From Anaeromyxobacteraceae bacterium (GTDB lineage: Bacteria > Myxococcota > Myxococcia > Myxococcales > Anaeromyxobacteraceae): a DNA stretch of 64,000 bases. The translations under genes were made by a program, and so were the position numbers. The stretch is from positions 1,600,001 to 1,664,000 of the forward strand of contig JASGHJ010000001.1 in assembly GCA_047602405.1 (NCBI GenBank). Reading direction: 5' to 3'. A model generated the notes under the pieces. The model ran no database searches. It saw only the letters and a program-made list of their open reading frames with translations, and was not told the DNA's origin. Position 1 is the stretch's first letter. Each line of letters starts with the position of its first letter. This document shows positions 62,244 to 64,000 of this stretch, piece by piece.

Positions 62244-63635
62244 TCAGGCCTCGAAGCTGCGCGTGAGCTTCGCGATCGCGGCGGGCGTCGAGCGCACGCG
62301 CACGTGCCGGCCCGCCTCGTCGAAGGTCTCGGAGACGACGCGCGCCGTCTCGTAGATCTCGGCGACGCGCCCCTGGCTCGCGTACGGGACGAGGAGCTCG
62401 GCCTCCACCATCTGCGCCTCGAAGAAGTCGAGGATGGTCTGCCGGAGGGCGGCGACGTCGCCGGGCGCCTTGGCCGAGAGCAGGATCGCGTCGGGGTACC
62501 GCTCCTTCAGCGCGCGCCGGGCGGCCGCGTCGACCTTGTCGCCCTTGTTGAGCAGGAGCAGGTTCGGCACCTCGGCCGCCCCGATGTCCCTGAGGACGGT
62601 CCGGGTGACCTCGAGCTGCGCCTCGAAGGTCGGGTCGGAGGCGTCCACGACGTAGAGGAGCAGCGAGGCCTCGAGGGCCTCGTCGAGCGTCGAGCGGAAC
62701 GAGGCGACGAGGTCGTGCGGCAGCTGCCGCAGGAAGCCCACCGTATCCGAGACGAGCACCCGCGGGCGGGACTCCGGCTGCAGCGCCCGCACGGTCGTGT
62801 CGAGCGTCGCGAAGAGCCGGTCCGCGACCAGCACCTCGCTCCCGGTGAGCGCCCGCATGAGCGAGGACTTGCCGGCGTTCGTGTAGCCGACGAGCGCCAC
62901 CCTGAGCTGGTCCCGCCGGGCGTGGCGGCGGTGGTCCTGGTCGCGCTCCACCGCGGCGAGGCCGGCGGTCAGCTCCGCGAGCCGGTCGCGGATCTTGCGG
63001 CGATCGAGCTCGACCGCGGAGTCGCCCGCGCCCCGCCCCTGCTGGCGCTCCGAGCGGCCCGCCGACTCCCGCAGCCGGGGAGCGAGGTACTTCAGCCGGG
63101 CGATCTCGACCTGCATGCGCGCCTCGCGGCTGCGCGCGTGGCGGTGGAAGATGTCGACGATGACGCCGGTGCGATCGAGCACCGTCGCGCCGGTCGCCTT
63201 CTCGAGGTTGCGCAGCTGGCTCGGCGAGAGCTCGTGCGCGACCACCACCACCCTCGGCGGCTCGCCCGCCACGACCTGCCCCGCGTCGCGGTCGTCGTCC
63301 CCGTCCTCCGGCTCGGGCTCCACGTCGGCCGCCGCCTCGGCGGCCCGTGCCTCCCAGCGCTCCTTCGCCTTCGAGGTGCGGTCGGCGGCGCCCGAGGCGA
63401 CGAAGCCCGGGCCGCCGGTGAGCCGGGCGAGCTCCATGAGCTTGCCCGAGCCGAGCACCGTCCCCGACCCCGTCCCCCCGCGCCGCTGGCTGACCGTCGC
63501 GACGGTCTCGTAACCCAGGGTGTCCACGAGCCGACGGAGCTCCGCCAGGTGCGACGCGTGCGCTTCGTCGGTGACGTCGGGGAGCTGGACTCCGACGAGG
63601 ACCGCCCTGGGGCGGGCGGCGGTGGGGGTCGACAT
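62244..63635 (-). CDS. hflX: GTPase HflX
   Basis: LDRTGVIVDIF, GYTNAGKSSL, LFATLDTT, SDTVGF and NKGD. Confidence 0.92.
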   Translation of the reverse strand: MSTPTAARPRAVLVGVQLPDVTDEAHASHLAELRRLVDTLGYETVATVSQRRGGTGSGTVLGSGKLMELARLTGGPGFVASGAADRTSKAKERWEARAAEAAADVEPEPEDGDDDRDAGQVVAGEPPRVVVVAHELSPSQLRNLEKATGATVLDRTGVIVDIFHRHARSREARMQVEIARLKYLAPRLRESAGRSERQQGRGAGDSAVELDRRKIRDRLAELTAGLAAVERDQDHRRHARRDQLRVALVGYTNAGKSSLMRALTGSEVLVADRLFATLDTTVRALQPESRPRVLVSDTVGFLRQLPHDLVASFRSTLDEALEASLLLYVVDASDPTFEAQLEVTRTVLRDIGAAEVPNLLLLNKGDKVDAAARRALKERYPDAILLSAKAPGDVAALRQTILDFFEAQMVEAELLVPYASQGRVAEIYETARVVSETFDEAGRHVRVRSTPAAIAKLTRSFEA

Positions 63636-63778
63636 GGGCGGTGCTTCGTACCAGAATCCGGGCGATCGCTGGGCCACCCGCGAGATCGTCGGTGGGCCAC
63701 CCCGGAGACCTCGGCTCCGGGCCTGATCGCGCGCGTACGCTGGAGCCCGTCGCACGCCCTCTCACCAGGCAGGCTCCG

Positions 63779-64000
63779 ATGTCCTCCGCGCGCCGCGTCC
63801 TCCTCCCGCTCCTCGTCGCCGTCTCCTCGGGCTGTGGAGGAGGCTCCCCCGCGCCCGGAGCACCCGGGGGGGAGGAGGTCGTCATCACGACCCAGCCGGC
63901 GGACCGCTCGGTCATGGCCGGCGCCCCGGCGACCTTCTCGGTCGCCGCGACCGGCGCGCAGGCCTACCAGTGGCAGCGGAGCGCGAACGCCGGCGCGAGC
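63779..64000 (+). CDS. Lipoprotein with immunoglobulin I-set-like domain; partial, runs off the window edge
   Basis: MSSARRVLLPLLVAVSSGC...VITTQPADRSVMAGAPATFSVAATG..YQWQ. Confidence 0.7.
   Translation, partial: MSSARRVLLPLLVAVSSGCGGGSPAPGAPGGEEVVITTQPADRSVMAGAPATFSVAATGAQAYQWQRSANAGAS

Overview
Very GC-rich, gene-dense bacterial chromosomal segment. The gene content points to an Anaeromyxobacter-like myxobacterium (inference from a TIGR04551-type barrel, spmA/spmB, a Ser/Thr kinase and many lipoproteins). Most of it is housekeeping: malQ (partial), gluQ-miaE, an MCP, an M16 protease, a ferric-reductase-like protein, a Phd/VapC toxin-antitoxin pair, hisC, ArsR-SRPBCC-DoxX, an arginase-family gene, pepA, a kinase, a GT4, queF, a flippase with a GT-C-like protein, an alpha-amylase, an acyl-ACP thioesterase, mce, argH-lipoprotein-lysA-dapA-dapB-FAH, folK, a Fur-boxed barrel-feoA-feoA-feoB-Cys-rich-ferritin operon, a DUF222-like HNH nuclease, an amidohydrolase and hflX. 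I saw no rRNA, tRNA or CRISPR array. Five signals stand out. (1) A 60-aa two-helix membrane ORF upstream of hisC, absent from the ORF track, has an in-frame UGA in a CxxU context followed by a SECIS-like hairpin (candidate small selenoprotein). (2) A REP-like palindromic repeat family has at least 8 copies, several translated in frame; nested 88-bp composite copies sit inverted around lysA. (3) A PafBC/RecA-NDp-like leaderless promoter precedes the HNH gene. (4) A 53-bp conserved intergenic motif occurs twice near lipoprotein genes. (5) About seven single-base indels break conserved genes and are most likely assembly errors.
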